Of a stretch of DNA of 64,000 nucleotides, positions 11,428 to 24,082 are shown in pieces. The stretch is taken from positions 62,001 to 126,000 of the forward strand of contig CT868274.1 in NCBI GenBank assembly GCA_000165425.1. Direction: 5' to 3'. Position 1 is the first letter of the stretch, and every line of letters begins with the position of its first letter. Below the pieces are notes generated by a model. That model saw only the letters and a list, made by a program, of their open reading frames with translations. It searched no databases and was not told the DNA's origin. A program made the position numbers and the translations under genes. The DNA is from Paramecium tetraurelia (taxonomy: Eukaryota).

Positions 11428-14400
11428 ATGGGCAATGAGATTTCTAATGGAAGTCCAGGAGATCTGGAATAGATGAAAAGATTTATGAACATGTCGCCAG
11501 GTTAGGTCAAATTGATAAAGTAATCGTGTTATACAAATTGTGTTTTAGAGAGAAATTCGAATTGATGGCGGATGAGGATCTCACGATTGATAGGAATGGG
11601 TTTATATAGTTGATGAAATTGAAGGAGACTGAAGTAGATAAAGTGTTTTAATTTTTTGACATCAGCAATGATGGTCGAATTGACAGTCATGAATTTGTAT
11701 GTGCTTTGAGTCTTTTGAGTTAAGCCACCCTGAAGGTATTTCTAGAATTATTATATCGAAGGAAAAAGCAAATATCATATTTTCCTTATATGACTTTGAT
11801 CACAACAAAACAATCACTCGAAATGAATTGGTCATTCTGATCAAGACTACTTTGACAGCCTTGGGAGCCATGTCACAGAAGGGAGAATGCACCATCCAAG
11901 AGGCAGAGAGAATCTCAGACGAATTGCTAAGGAAATATGATACAAACAAGGACGCCTCAATATCTTTGTCTGAATTTCATAGGTATGTTTATATTTTAAT
12001 AATTATTTCGCAGTCTTTTATCAAAAGATTAAGATGTGCTCAAGATGCTCCTATCCTATGGCTTATGCTCACTGGAAGATTTGAGATCTGACTTCGGAGG
12101 AGCCTAATAGGGTGATGTTCCGTATCCAGACTCTGATTTGGAGAGTGAAACACAGCGAAGACAATTGGCATACGATCAGAAAAGAGAATTGAGGAAAATT
12201 GGAATAGAAGCCAATCTTGATGATGGCAATACTCAATTACAATAAGATAATAATCAAAAAGCTCTCAAAATGACCAACAAAGAAGTTTGGAAAAACCAAG
12301 TTAAGAATGGTTATCCATCTTCTTGGAAACCAGGAAAAGGGGATATCAATCCACCAAGTACATTTATGGAATTAGATTACATATATGGATTTAGAAGTTT
12401 TGACACAAGAAACAATATTAAGTTTGTTGATTAAGAATTAGTCTATTTTACTGCTGCAGTTGGAGTGGTGTATAATCCATAGACAAATTAATAAAGGTTC
12501 TTCTTTGAACACACAGATGATATTACATGCATAGATGTTTACGATAAGTATGTTGCAACTGGTTAGGCAAGGGGATAGGTTCCTCCTATTTATATTTGGG
12601 AAGTTAAAGATTAAATGTAACCATCTAGAGCTGCTTTTAAAGGTATTTTGCGTTAAGGAGTGCAATGCTTAGCATTTTCAAATGATGGTAAGAAATTGGC
12701 CGCTGTGAGTATGGATGATGATCACACTTTGGTTGTTTATGATGTGGATAAGGGAATAGATGCAAGATTGAAAGGTGATGTATCATAGGCCTTATTAGCC
12801 ACAGGTAAAGGTCCTAGGTCATTTGTATTTGATATTAAATTTGATAAAGTTGACAAGTATTTGATTGTGGCATGTAAGAATGAAGTCTACTTTTGCAGTT
12901 ACGATTAAAATCAAATCAGATTGAATCTAGGAATTTGGGATACGAAAACATCACCATTCTCATCAGTATTATGCATAGCATTATGCGATAACAATGTGAT
13001 AACAGGTACGTACAGAGGATAATTATTAATCTGGAAGAGCAATAGAGCTACTACAGCAGTGGATGCTCATAAGAGTGCAGTGCTAGCTATTCATACGAAG
13101 AGAAGTTAGGAAGGTGGGGTTGTATCAGGGAGTAAAGATGGAACAATCATAGTTTGGGATGTGAACATGAAAGCTAAAGAGAAGATAAATGTTCTGAACT
13201 TAAATTTAAAAATATTCAATTTCAAAGTATAAAGTGTTACAATAGGACCAAATGATTAAGATAAATCTGTCCACTTAGTGTTTGGAACAAGAGGTTCTGA
13301 CATGGTAGAGGTGCAAGGACCAAAAAATAAGATTTTAATGAGAGGACATTCAGTCGGAGTCTTAAGGGGATTGGCCATGCATCCAAAATTCCCTACTTTT
13401 TACACAATTGGAGAAGATAATATTTTGGCTTGTTGGCTGATCAAGGATAAGAAGATGTCAAGTTGCATGAGACTAGAATATCCTAGCAGTGCTATTCATA
13501 TTAGCAAAGATTACAAATATCTGGCTGTTGGTAGTACTAATGGAACTGTACTTATTATTGATCCTAAAACATTGATGCCTACTTTTAACTTTAAAGATAG
13601 GGATGCTGAAGTCTCATGTCTCAAATTCTCTCCTGATACTGAATAATTAGCAGTTGGTCATGATGCACCAAGTTGTGATGTCATCATATATTCAATTAAG
13701 AATCATTTCAAAAAGACTAATGTTTTAAGAGGATCTCCTGCAAGAGTAATTAGTATTGATTTCTCATCCACATGCAGAGTTTTATAAATTAATGATTGGA
13801 GTCAATAAGTTCTCTATTATGAATTGGGTGGAGAAAATAATCAAAAAGTACAACCAGATGGAGCTTAGAAGTATAAGGATGAGAAGTGGGCAACATACAC
13901 AGCTATATATGGATGGCATGTTTTGGGAGTATGGCCACCTTTATCAGCTGGAAGTGATATCAACGCTGTGGATAGATCTAATAAAGGAGATATTATAGTT
14001 TCAGCTGACGACTATTCTGGAATCAAGATATTCAGATATCCTGCTGCATAACCAGGTTAAGGATTTTAGAGATATGTGGGACATGCAGCACATGTGACCA
14101 ATATCAGATTCTCAGCTGATGACGAGTACATCATATCATTGGGTGGAGCAGATAAGTCCATCATGTAATGGAAAGTCTCGCATGATAAGGATGCTCAGAT
14201 TGAGTAAGATCAGGCATGTGAATCAATTTAAGATGTTTAGATATCCAAGGATTATTATAGACTCAATTTAAATGAGGAGGAGAATAAGTAGGAAGGGTAG
14301 AAGTAGTATTAAGCCTTTGTTAAAAGCCACTTAACCAACCAATTTTAAATTTGAATGAGAAGAAATATAATGTGTTGCCTTAGGGTAACATAACACTTGA

Positions 14401-17400
14401 CTATGTTTTGGGGTATGAAAACAGATTAGTTGGGTTAGGATTACTTTAATGGAGTTAAATTATTTGGAAAATGGTAAGATTGCATTCTCTTGTGGAACGG
14501 TTGGTGTTATAATGGATCCGAATATGCCCGTTGGATAATAATATTGCACTCAGACTTATTTCAGATATCATTAGGATGAAATCACTTGCATTGCCATTCA
14601 TCCAAGAGGAAGAATAATTGCAACAGGTACTAAAGCATTTGCTTTGAATGAGAAGCAATTAACTGCGATTTGTGTTTGGGAGGCTGAATCAAAGAAGGTT
14701 TTGTCAATGTTGAATGATTTTCATACTAAAATGATTTATTGCTTAGAGTTTTCATACGATGGTGTTTTTTTATTATCATTTTCCTCGGAATATTCAATCG
14801 CAGTTCACGATTGGCAAATTGGGTAGTTGATTATTACTGTAAAGACTATGAGATCTAACATTTATGGAATTTGCAGCAAGTCACCCACTGAGTTCATGTC
14901 TTGTGGATAGAGGAATGTCACATTCTATTAAATGAATGGAAGAAATATCAAATGTTATCCAGGCATTCTTAATAGCAATCAATTTGAACCAATGTTGTGC
15001 TGTTGTGTTGCATTTAAGGAGTCATATGAAATCACAGGATCTGAAAATGGTAACATTTTCCTTTGGAAAGATAACAAAAACAGCAAACATTACTAAGCTC
15101 ATAGATCCAAGGTGAGTTCATTAGTTGCTGTTGGAAAAACCTAATTGTATAGTAGTGGTTTGGATGGTTAAATTAAGTTATGGGAAATGAATGGAAATAA
15201 TTTGAATAATGTTGCAACAGTTATTGATATTACTGAAGCTCTTCATTAACCTCAGCTGTAGTGAGAGGCCTTTCTATCGATATTAAGAATGATAACATCA
15301 TAATAGCAACTAAATAAGCCCAGATGTATCATGCTCCACTTAAGAATGTTTAGAATTTGAAACTATTACTTGATTGCCATTATGGTGGAGAAGTATGGGG
15401 AATCGCAGCTAGTCGTAACTCATAAACCATTATTACTTGCGGTGGAGACGGTGTTCTCCGTTAATGGGATATCAATCAATATACCTTGGTTAAATGTTCA
15501 TCTCCATTTGAAAATGACATAAGGGCAGTCGATTGGAGTTCAGATGGCAAATACTTAGCTGTAGGAGATGTGCGTGGATGCATTTACCTAGTTGAACCAA
15601 CAAATATGAATATTTTGGATAAGAAGAATTCCAAAGCAGGATCCCTAAAATAGAGTACATAAGGAAAAACATTTTGGATAGAAGATATTAAGTTTTCACC
15701 GGACAGCACTAAAATTGCATTTGGTGCTCACGGCACATAGTCATAAGTAGAGGTATGGGAAATTGAAGGAGGTAAATTTTCTAAATAAAGTTCAATAAAC
15801 ATCTCATTGAATAGTAGTTTGATTAAATTAGATTGGGCTATGGATTCCATTCACATAGTAGTGAATTCATCAACTTATGAGTTGAAATTTGCAAATGTCT
15901 AATCTTTGAAGGATGTTCCAGGACCTTAAGTGAAAGAATTGGATTGGTACACTTGGACTTGTTTATTCGGTTTCAATGTTTAGGGAATTTATAAAAAGGA
16001 TGAATATTCAGTGACTGCAGTTTGTGTTGATAACTAAAGATAGATATTGGCAACAGGAGAATATAATGGTATAATAAATCTGTATCAGTATCCTGCTGTT
16101 TGTTAATTCAACTAGATTCATAAAGAATACCCTGGACATGCAAATGCTATTACAAGAATGAGATTCTCATTTGATGATAGTAAATTGATTTCAACAAGTG
16201 GTATGGATAGGGGAATATTCATTTGGAAAACAGATTGGTCTAAATCGTAATAGTAGTTAATGTTGCAGGATGAGAATGCCTATGGAAAATTCGATGAGGA
16301 TATTGATGATTTAGCTGCTCTATCAGTTCCATAGGAAAAGATTAGAAGATTTGGATCTGGATAAGTATGGCAAAGTGAGAAGAAGAGATAATCAATTCGA
16401 GAAGAATGAAGATCAATAGAATTATAATGATCAGAATGAGAAAGGAGATGAATTCACTATCATTCGACCATGGATGGGAGCAATCAAAGAACCTTCCAAT
16501 TATTATAAAGATCCATTGAACCAAAATAAACAGCCTTTGGTGGAATTGACCTTAGAATATGTTCATGGGTATCGTAGCAAGGATTGCAGAAATAATGTGA
16601 AATACTTAAAGAGAGGACAGATTGTTTACAATGCTGCTGCATTAGCTGTTGTCTTAGATCCCAATCCCAATCCAAATACTAATTCAAATGCATAAAGATT
16701 TTTCAATCATCATACTGAAGATGTAGTCATGTTTGGATGTGTCTAATGATCAATTTAAGGTAGCTACTGGATAATTAGGAGCTAATCCATGTATTTACAT
16801 ATGGGAAAGCAACACTCAAGCCATCATCTGCTCAATTAGAGGTTATTTTACAAAAGGAATCTTACAATTGGCATTTAACGACTCAGGAGATAAATTAGCT
16901 GCTATTGGAATGGATGATTGCCATCAATTATGCATTTTTGACATAATATCTAAATCTTTAACTGGAGGAACTTTGTTGGTCAAAGATCAAATTGGAAAGG
17001 ATATTGTCACAGACATTAAATGGAAAAATGATTCTGAATTTGTTACATGCGGATTGAACCATCTTAAATTCTGGAAATTAGGACATGGAGGTTTGACTTA
17101 CTCTAAGGCTTATCCTTAAAAACCTTTGTCTTATAAATATTTATGTGCAGCTGTCAACAATGAAGATTACTTGTTGGGTGCCGTGGATGGATCCTTGTAA
17201 ATATTCTCTGGTGCCAAATTCACAGCTTATTACTAATATCTAGAGGCCAATCGATCATTAGAAGCTATAAGTGTTTCCAAAGACTTGTATTTATATTCAT
17301 CATCATTAGTGTTCTCATCGGAGGAGCTGATTCTAAGATTGTCATTATAGATTCCAAGACTTACAAATTCAGTTTTATCTTTTAAGTTATCAGAATGCAT

Positions 17401-18583
17401 GAGGAATTCATTGGGATTAGAAGTCAAGTCCATATCGTTAGGATTGAGTGATTAGAAGACTTTACTTATATCAACTAATGCTGGAGATATTGTTGAATTA
17501 GTTACTAAAGATGCCAAAATCAATATTAACTCCAAATTTGCTGTTTCTAAAACCTTAATGAAATCTCATTGTTCTCCAAATAAGCGATCTTTGAATGAAA
17601 TTTGGGGTTTGGCTATTAATCCACAAGATTCTGATCAATACTATACTTGTGGAGATGATGGAACTCTAAGATCTTGGTCTATCAGTCAAAAGAAAATGCT
17701 CAATTGCATCAAAACCAATCTTGATGTTAATGGAGCAGAAATCAAACAAGATGAAGTTGGTGAATTGCCTGATAATACAAAAGGTAGATGTATAGCTGTT
17801 TCTTTGGATGGTATTTCAATATGCGTAGGATTTAAGGATGGAACATTTAGGGTATTTTATAAGTAATTAACTTAAGATATATGATAAAGAATTCAAATAA
17901 AAATATGTTAATAGATTAGCCAAAGAGTGGATTAGTGATATCAAATTCAGTCATGATCAATCTTGGATTGCAATTGGATCTCATGATAATTCCATATATA
18001 TCTACAGTTTCCCAGATATGAAACAACGTTACAAACCACTCAAGAAACATTCAAGCTACATTACTCATATTGATTTCTCCATAGATGGAAATCATCTTCA
18101 TAGCAATTGCGGAGGGTATCTAATTAATACTTATGTTATTCAGATATGAACTATTGTTTTGGGAACTTCAAACTGGTAAATAATTGCCAAATGGAGCAAA
18201 TTAATTAAGAGATGAGAAATGGTTGACTTGGACTACACCATACGGATGGCCAGTTTAAGGAATATGGCCAGATATCTAAGATGGCAGTGATATCAATGCT
18301 GCTGTCAGATCAAATAAGACATATAATGAAAAGGATAAACCCCCTGATAATTATCATTTGATTGCAACTGGTGATGATAACTCATAAATCAAAGTATTTA
18401 GGTATATGCTAAATGTAATAATATAGATATCCTTGCGTTAAGAAAGAATCAGCATACATCTTAGGAAAAGGACATTCATCTCATATTACCAACATTGCTT
18501 GGTCAATGGAAGATCATTACTTGTTTAGTATTGGCGGAGAAGACAATTCTATATTCTAATGGAAAATAAGTAAATTGAGATGA
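11428..18583 (+). CDS. EML5/EML6-like triple HELP-WD40 microtubule-associated protein with N-terminal EF-hand domain; apparent frameshifts
   Basis: MGNEIS start; EF loops DISNDGRIDSHE, DFDHNKTITRNE, DTNKDASISLSE; three HELP motifs (LDYIYGFRSFDTRNN ~12373, LDYVLGYENR ~14396, LEYVHGYRSKDCRNN ~16551); many WD40 repeats; about 7 single-base indels. Confidence 0.88.
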
Positions 18584-18706
18584 TTTATTGTTAAAATTAT
18601 CAATAAAATTAATTATTTATATTTAAATTGATCATATTTGCTATTAAATTTGAGTTTAATTAGTTCAACATTGAAATAAATATTTGATATTTTTGTATTA
18701 AGATAT

Positions 18707-19895
18707 TCAAAATATTGTGCAACAATTATTTCTAGCCTTTTCTGGAACTGTTGTTTTTTCTATTTAATAGAGCACAATTAATCCTTCAAATAACCTCTTG
18801 GTTACAATAGCTTCTGTGACACCAAATCTTGCTGATGGGGAAATGTCAGCAGTTCCTTCTTGATCCACAGATGAGTGCTCACCACCGATTCCTCTTGCTT
18901 ATAATCCAATTGATTTTGCTTTATCTTTCAAATTGGCTTCGTCTGTTCCAGCTTTACTAAGATTTGGGAATTTGCCCAAGATAGATTATCTTTTTCCAGT
19001 TCCCATATTGGTTGGACATGTTGTTATGATACCATAGACTGGATGCTCAGCAAATTTGAGACCACTCTTTTCAATACCATTTAATAATTCATGAAGGGAT
19101 TAATCAACCTTGCCTAAATCATTTCCTTAGACAATTGAAATAATTCTTAATTAATCTTCTTCTCCTACCCAAACCCATTTTACTCTCATCTTAACTTATC
19201 CAGATTCCTCTTCCAAATGGCCAATCTGATGCTACACCATTCGACATTAAATGATTGTCACTTGTCATATCTATAAATAAGAAATGCCTTTTCCTTAACT
19301 CATCAGCCTTTTGATCTGATATAAAATTCTTATGACCTGGTGTTAGACTGTAATAATTTCCTGGAATTCCAAAGTTTTCAAACACAGTTACCATTTGATT
19401 CTCAAATTTGATCCTCTCATCCTTATCCATTGATGATGGTAAATTGTAACCAACAACATTTCTGGCCACTCTGGCTCTCATTGAAACCTTCTCCAATGCA
19501 GGATCAATCTTTGTTAATACATATTCACCAACTGGGATATTCCAATCATGTTCTTGCTTCGTCTCCCCTTCGATCTTATGATATTCTCTGATTATTGGTT
19601 CTAGATAAAACAGAAAAACATCATAATCCTCTGGTCTTGTGGCTGATATACCAACTTAGCTATCATCATTTGTTAGACCGGCTATCACTATATCTAAGAA
19701 TCGTTATTAGTCTTCAGCAGACATTGTTTTCACCTTCTCAACTACTGCTTGAGTATAATGTTTGTTGGCTAAGCTCACCTTTATATTCTTCAACTCATCC
19801 CATCTGGCCTATATCTTATTAAAATCAACATTCCCTTGTTCATCTAAGTAGAGCTTCCTTACATCCTATTTAGCAAAGATTTTGTGTTAAGACAT
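18707..19895 (-). CDS. Phosphagen (arginine) kinase with C-terminal CaaX motif; one apparent +1 frameshift
   Basis: RARVARN, DWPFGRGI, WVGEEDQLRIIS, TTCPTNMGTG; ends RNNCCTIF-TGA; span is 3n+1 with an extra base at ~19175. Confidence 0.92.
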
Positions 19896-20093
19896 TGCAA
19901 TTTATAAATAACTTTATCACTTCATTTTTGTTAAAAACGTATATAAATTCACCAAATTAATTAAACATAATGGGAATACATAACTTCCCTTTTACAATAC
20001 TTTGATTTTCTCCTTAATTTCTAATGATTTCCAACAATACTCCACTCAACTAGTATGACAAAATCTTCATTTATTAATATAACTATTATTAAA

Positions 20094-21773
20094 ATGTCTG
20101 TTCACACAAGTCCTAAGAGCTCTTTCTTAAGTTCAGCTCGCACAAGACCATAAACAGCTGTGACAAGCCCTCGAAGACCTCAATTTCAGTAAATAAATAT
20201 TGCATCTTAGACTATCTATTCCAAATGATGATCAAGATCAATAACTATTAATCAACAAATATACTGCCGCTACAAGTCTCACACCAAGGAGTTTGCTCAA
20301 GTTGCAAGAGAAGAAAGTCAATGTAGGAGCAAGATCTGAAAATGTATCGTGCAATTTGAGGGTTACAAAAGAATAGGCTGAAATTGATCCACCAGAGGAC
20401 TATTTCGAAAAGGAAGTGTAAATTAATCAGGATGAATATGAGCAATTCAAAAAAAACTTTCATAGAATTGTTTTTGATGCTTTCGGAAATTATATTTACA
20501 CCAAACCAGGACCCATTGATGAAGAATTTAAACTTTAAGTTTCTGTAATATATATTTGTAAACTAAGTCAGCATTGAATACGCAAAAGCATACTTCAAGC
20601 AGTCTCAAGAAAAAACTGTAAATCAAGACTCAGAGTTTCCAACCCAAAAAAACCATTGAAAACTTGGTCAAAAGCACCTCAGAAATGGCTAAAATGAATC
20701 CAAGAAGAAGAGCCATTCTGGAAATCAAATAAAAGGCAGAGAACTCTCTTTATACGATGATCAATAATCTTGCCAAAGAAAAAGTCTTGAGCGAATCCAA
20801 GGCTTAATTAGAGTAAGTTACACAATAAATGCTCATCTACATCGATAAATTTACAAGAGAAAAGTACCCTATTATCTATAATTAGCTAAGAACTTGTGGA
20901 TTAATTAGAAATGGCTAAGGGGAAGATCTTTGAATTGTAGAGTTCGAATGAAAGTCTGAATTTTAAGAATATTCAACTTCTCAAAGAAATCAAGCTTTCC
21001 AAATAATAATTAGACGAACTCAAGAGGAGCACAGTTGAAATTGAAAAGTTCATTCCTTAATTCAACATTATGACTAAGAGGTTCGAAAACTTTTAAGCTG
21101 AAAAATTCATAGATAAATATGATTATTTTGAGAATTAAAACTTGATTCTCACCAAAAGAGTGTCAGATTTAGAGCTCGACAACATTTAACTTGAAAAATA
21201 ACTTTTGCATCTACAAAAGGATTTAGAAATCAAACAATAAGTTAGCAAACATCAATACGATATGGATTTTAAATCATCCTCTAATAAATAAGATGCACCT
21301 GATTAAGATTACGAACAATATAAGGATATGTATTTGAACTTGTTTAAGAAAATACTATAAATATATAGTGATTGGACTAGTAAATCTAAAGCTCTATTGC
21401 CTGACAAAATGGATGGAGGTCCAAGAGCAAATTTAGTTGAACCTTTAGAAATGTTGTAAAATATGGAAAAAATGATAACTATCTCCTCTAGCGAAAAGCT
21501 CTAATCCTACTTAAGAAAAATTATAGTCAGTGCTAATTAGTTGTAAAGGAAATATTTAACTGAAAATGTCAATGAAAAATTTGATCCAGATAAAATTTAT
21601 GAAAGAATTATTAAATTAGTAGACAATTTAAAGGCGCAAATTTCAAATCTACAATCTTAATTGTAAAGCTAAAAATAATCACAAAATGTATTACTAATTG
21701 TATTATTTAGTGTTTAACATAAGTGCAAACCTAGAGGTCAAAGTCTTTTCTTCATGAAAAAGAATAAAATTGA
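20094..21773 (+). CDS. Coiled-coil protein of unknown function
   Basis: MSVHTSPKSSFLSSARTRP...; four tiny introns; long E/K/Q/L-rich helical C-half. Confidence 0.75.
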
Positions 21774-21831
21774 TTATGAATAACTTTAACTTTTTCAGAT
21801 AAAACATAATATTATTAAATCTAATTTCAAT

Positions 21832-23838
21832 TCACATTTCAAGATAGTCTTTTAGATTAAACGAAAACCATGTAGTCTTCTTTAAACCTCTTCTCTTAGC
21901 TTGCATCACTTTATTTTAAGTTCTTAATAATTTAATCAGACGATTTATATTTCCAACCAGATACAACTTTGTCTTTCGATTTCAAATCTCCTTTGACATT
22001 TCGAAAGGAGGCTTAAATTACTTATTAAATCTATTTGGCCTTTTTCTCAGGGTTCTCTGATTTGTATGCCTATTAATACATCAAAGATAAAACAAGGTTA
22101 TCTCTTGGAATTCTAGGCAACCTACTAATTGACTCAAAGACCTAATTCAAATCTACTTTAGAATTTGAAGATGAGTTCTAGGCCATAGTTGGTAATCTCG
22201 GATTCAACTGGCTATTTCTCCTTCTCTCTGGACTACTCCTTTCGGTATAAAAGAAGGTTCTTTCATTATGTAAATGACATTATACTTATCTTTATGACTT
22301 CTAATACAATGATCATCAGAACATTGGGTTTATAAAGGCATCTTAAGTAATTTAGCCTAGTATTGCTAAAGTGCGTTGCTGTAGACCCGTTATAAAATAG
22401 TTTTAATGGGTGAATTTCCAATAGATTTAATATCCTGAATATTACTGTCTGCAAGATTTTGGAACACTTTGACTTGACTGAGTTTATCTCCCTGAACTTC
22501 TATGATCTATTTGTTAACAATCTATTTTGAGGATTCATTTCTTCGATTAGTTAATTGATCTTGAGCTGCTTGGAAGATTTCATCTTTTTAATTAACTTAA
22601 GATTTGGCTGTTTCAAAAATTAGAGTCCAATGTTTAAGTATTACTTTTGAAGTACTTTTAAAGTTTTCATAAATTTGTATATTTCCTAGATTATCAAAGA
22701 ATTTAGATTGTCCAATTTTATACACAGTAAGTCTAGGAGATATCACCCTTGCTCTAGTAAATCTTGGTATGTTATGGAAAACTTCCACTTCTCCAAAATG
22801 TTGATATTCACCATAAGAGGACAGAACGATTTGTTTAGATTTCAACTATTTAGACAATTCTACTTAGCCATTAATTATGAAATATATGTGATTGGATCTT
22901 TCATTTTCTTCATACAGTATTTCTGATGCTTTATATGTGATTTGATGACACTCTATAAGGATCCCCATAATTTCATTCAATTCGAAGTCAATTTCTTTGA
23001 AAATTGGAGTTTGAGTAAAGTAGTTTATTTTATCATCCAAAGATTTACTAAGAAAGGGATCTAAAAGTTATAAATAGGCTTGTTCACTAAGGAATACGAG
23101 ATGCGAGTTCTCAATTGCAAAAACAGTAGAAGCTCTTGGACTGTACATTTTGATTGCTGCTTCACCGAAAGCGCTGTGGTTTATAAAGAATATTACTCTC
23201 CATTGATTAAGACTTTGAGAACTTTATAATCTGGAAAAGCACTCTTCAATCCATAGGGATCAGGATCATTCCTTCTCATATTTTGTTGTTTAGCCTTGCC
23301 TTCTTATTCCGACTCTAACTTAAGAAAACCAACCATTTTGTCTTTAGGTTTCATCACTACACATTTTCCATCTAAAAGGATATAATATTTTTTATTTGAG
23401 TCTCCTTACCTATAAACTGCAGTATTTGCAGGAACATATGAATATCTAAAATCTATGGCTATATTACCTTAACTCAGAGTAGACCTTATTCATAATTTCA
23501 ACTGGGACTTGTTCTTTCATCAATTTGATGGAACTAACCGATTGCAATTATTCTATCAATAATGGAGAAGTGGGAAGTATAAAATTAGGTGGACTTTTAG
23601 CCCTCAACCGAGATGACATTTTACCAATCCTGGGACTAACTTCAGAATCAATTTAGGGTCGACTGTTTAGCTCTTATTTTATGGCTTCAATATCCAAAAG
23701 CTTTTTCTATCTTCTGGTGTAATTTTACAGGAGTTATTGTTATAACTGCAATTCTTCTTCTGAATCTGATTTATTCTGAGGTTTCTTGAAATCAAAAAGT
23801 TAACGATCAGAAACTACGAATTAGGAAGGCATATTCAT
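21832..23838 (-). CDS. Cyclic nucleotide-binding domain protein (two cNMP domains)
   Basis: FGEAAIKMYSPRASTVFA and FGEVEVFHNIPRFTRARV phosphate-binding cassettes; VYRQGDS..IYILLDGNV. Confidence 0.85.
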
Positions 23839-24082
23839 TTTAAGATAAAATACTCTAATAATAAAGTTTATATTATTCGTTTATTGGAAACATGATGTAA
23901 ACTTAAAGTAATTCTTGATGATGTATATAAATTTAATTAATTAGTATTATAAACCCATTTTCTTTGACTAAAATTTATCAAACAAAGTATTAATGAGAAT
24001 GATAATTGCTAAAATTATGAAATATATTTAACTTAATTGCAGATAAGTATTAAGATAAATTTATAAAATAGTATTATCAAGT

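Noticed and set aside
19166..19177. CCCAAACCC resembling a Paramecium telomeric repeat
   Set aside because: Only about 1.5 units, lying inside arginine kinase coding sequence
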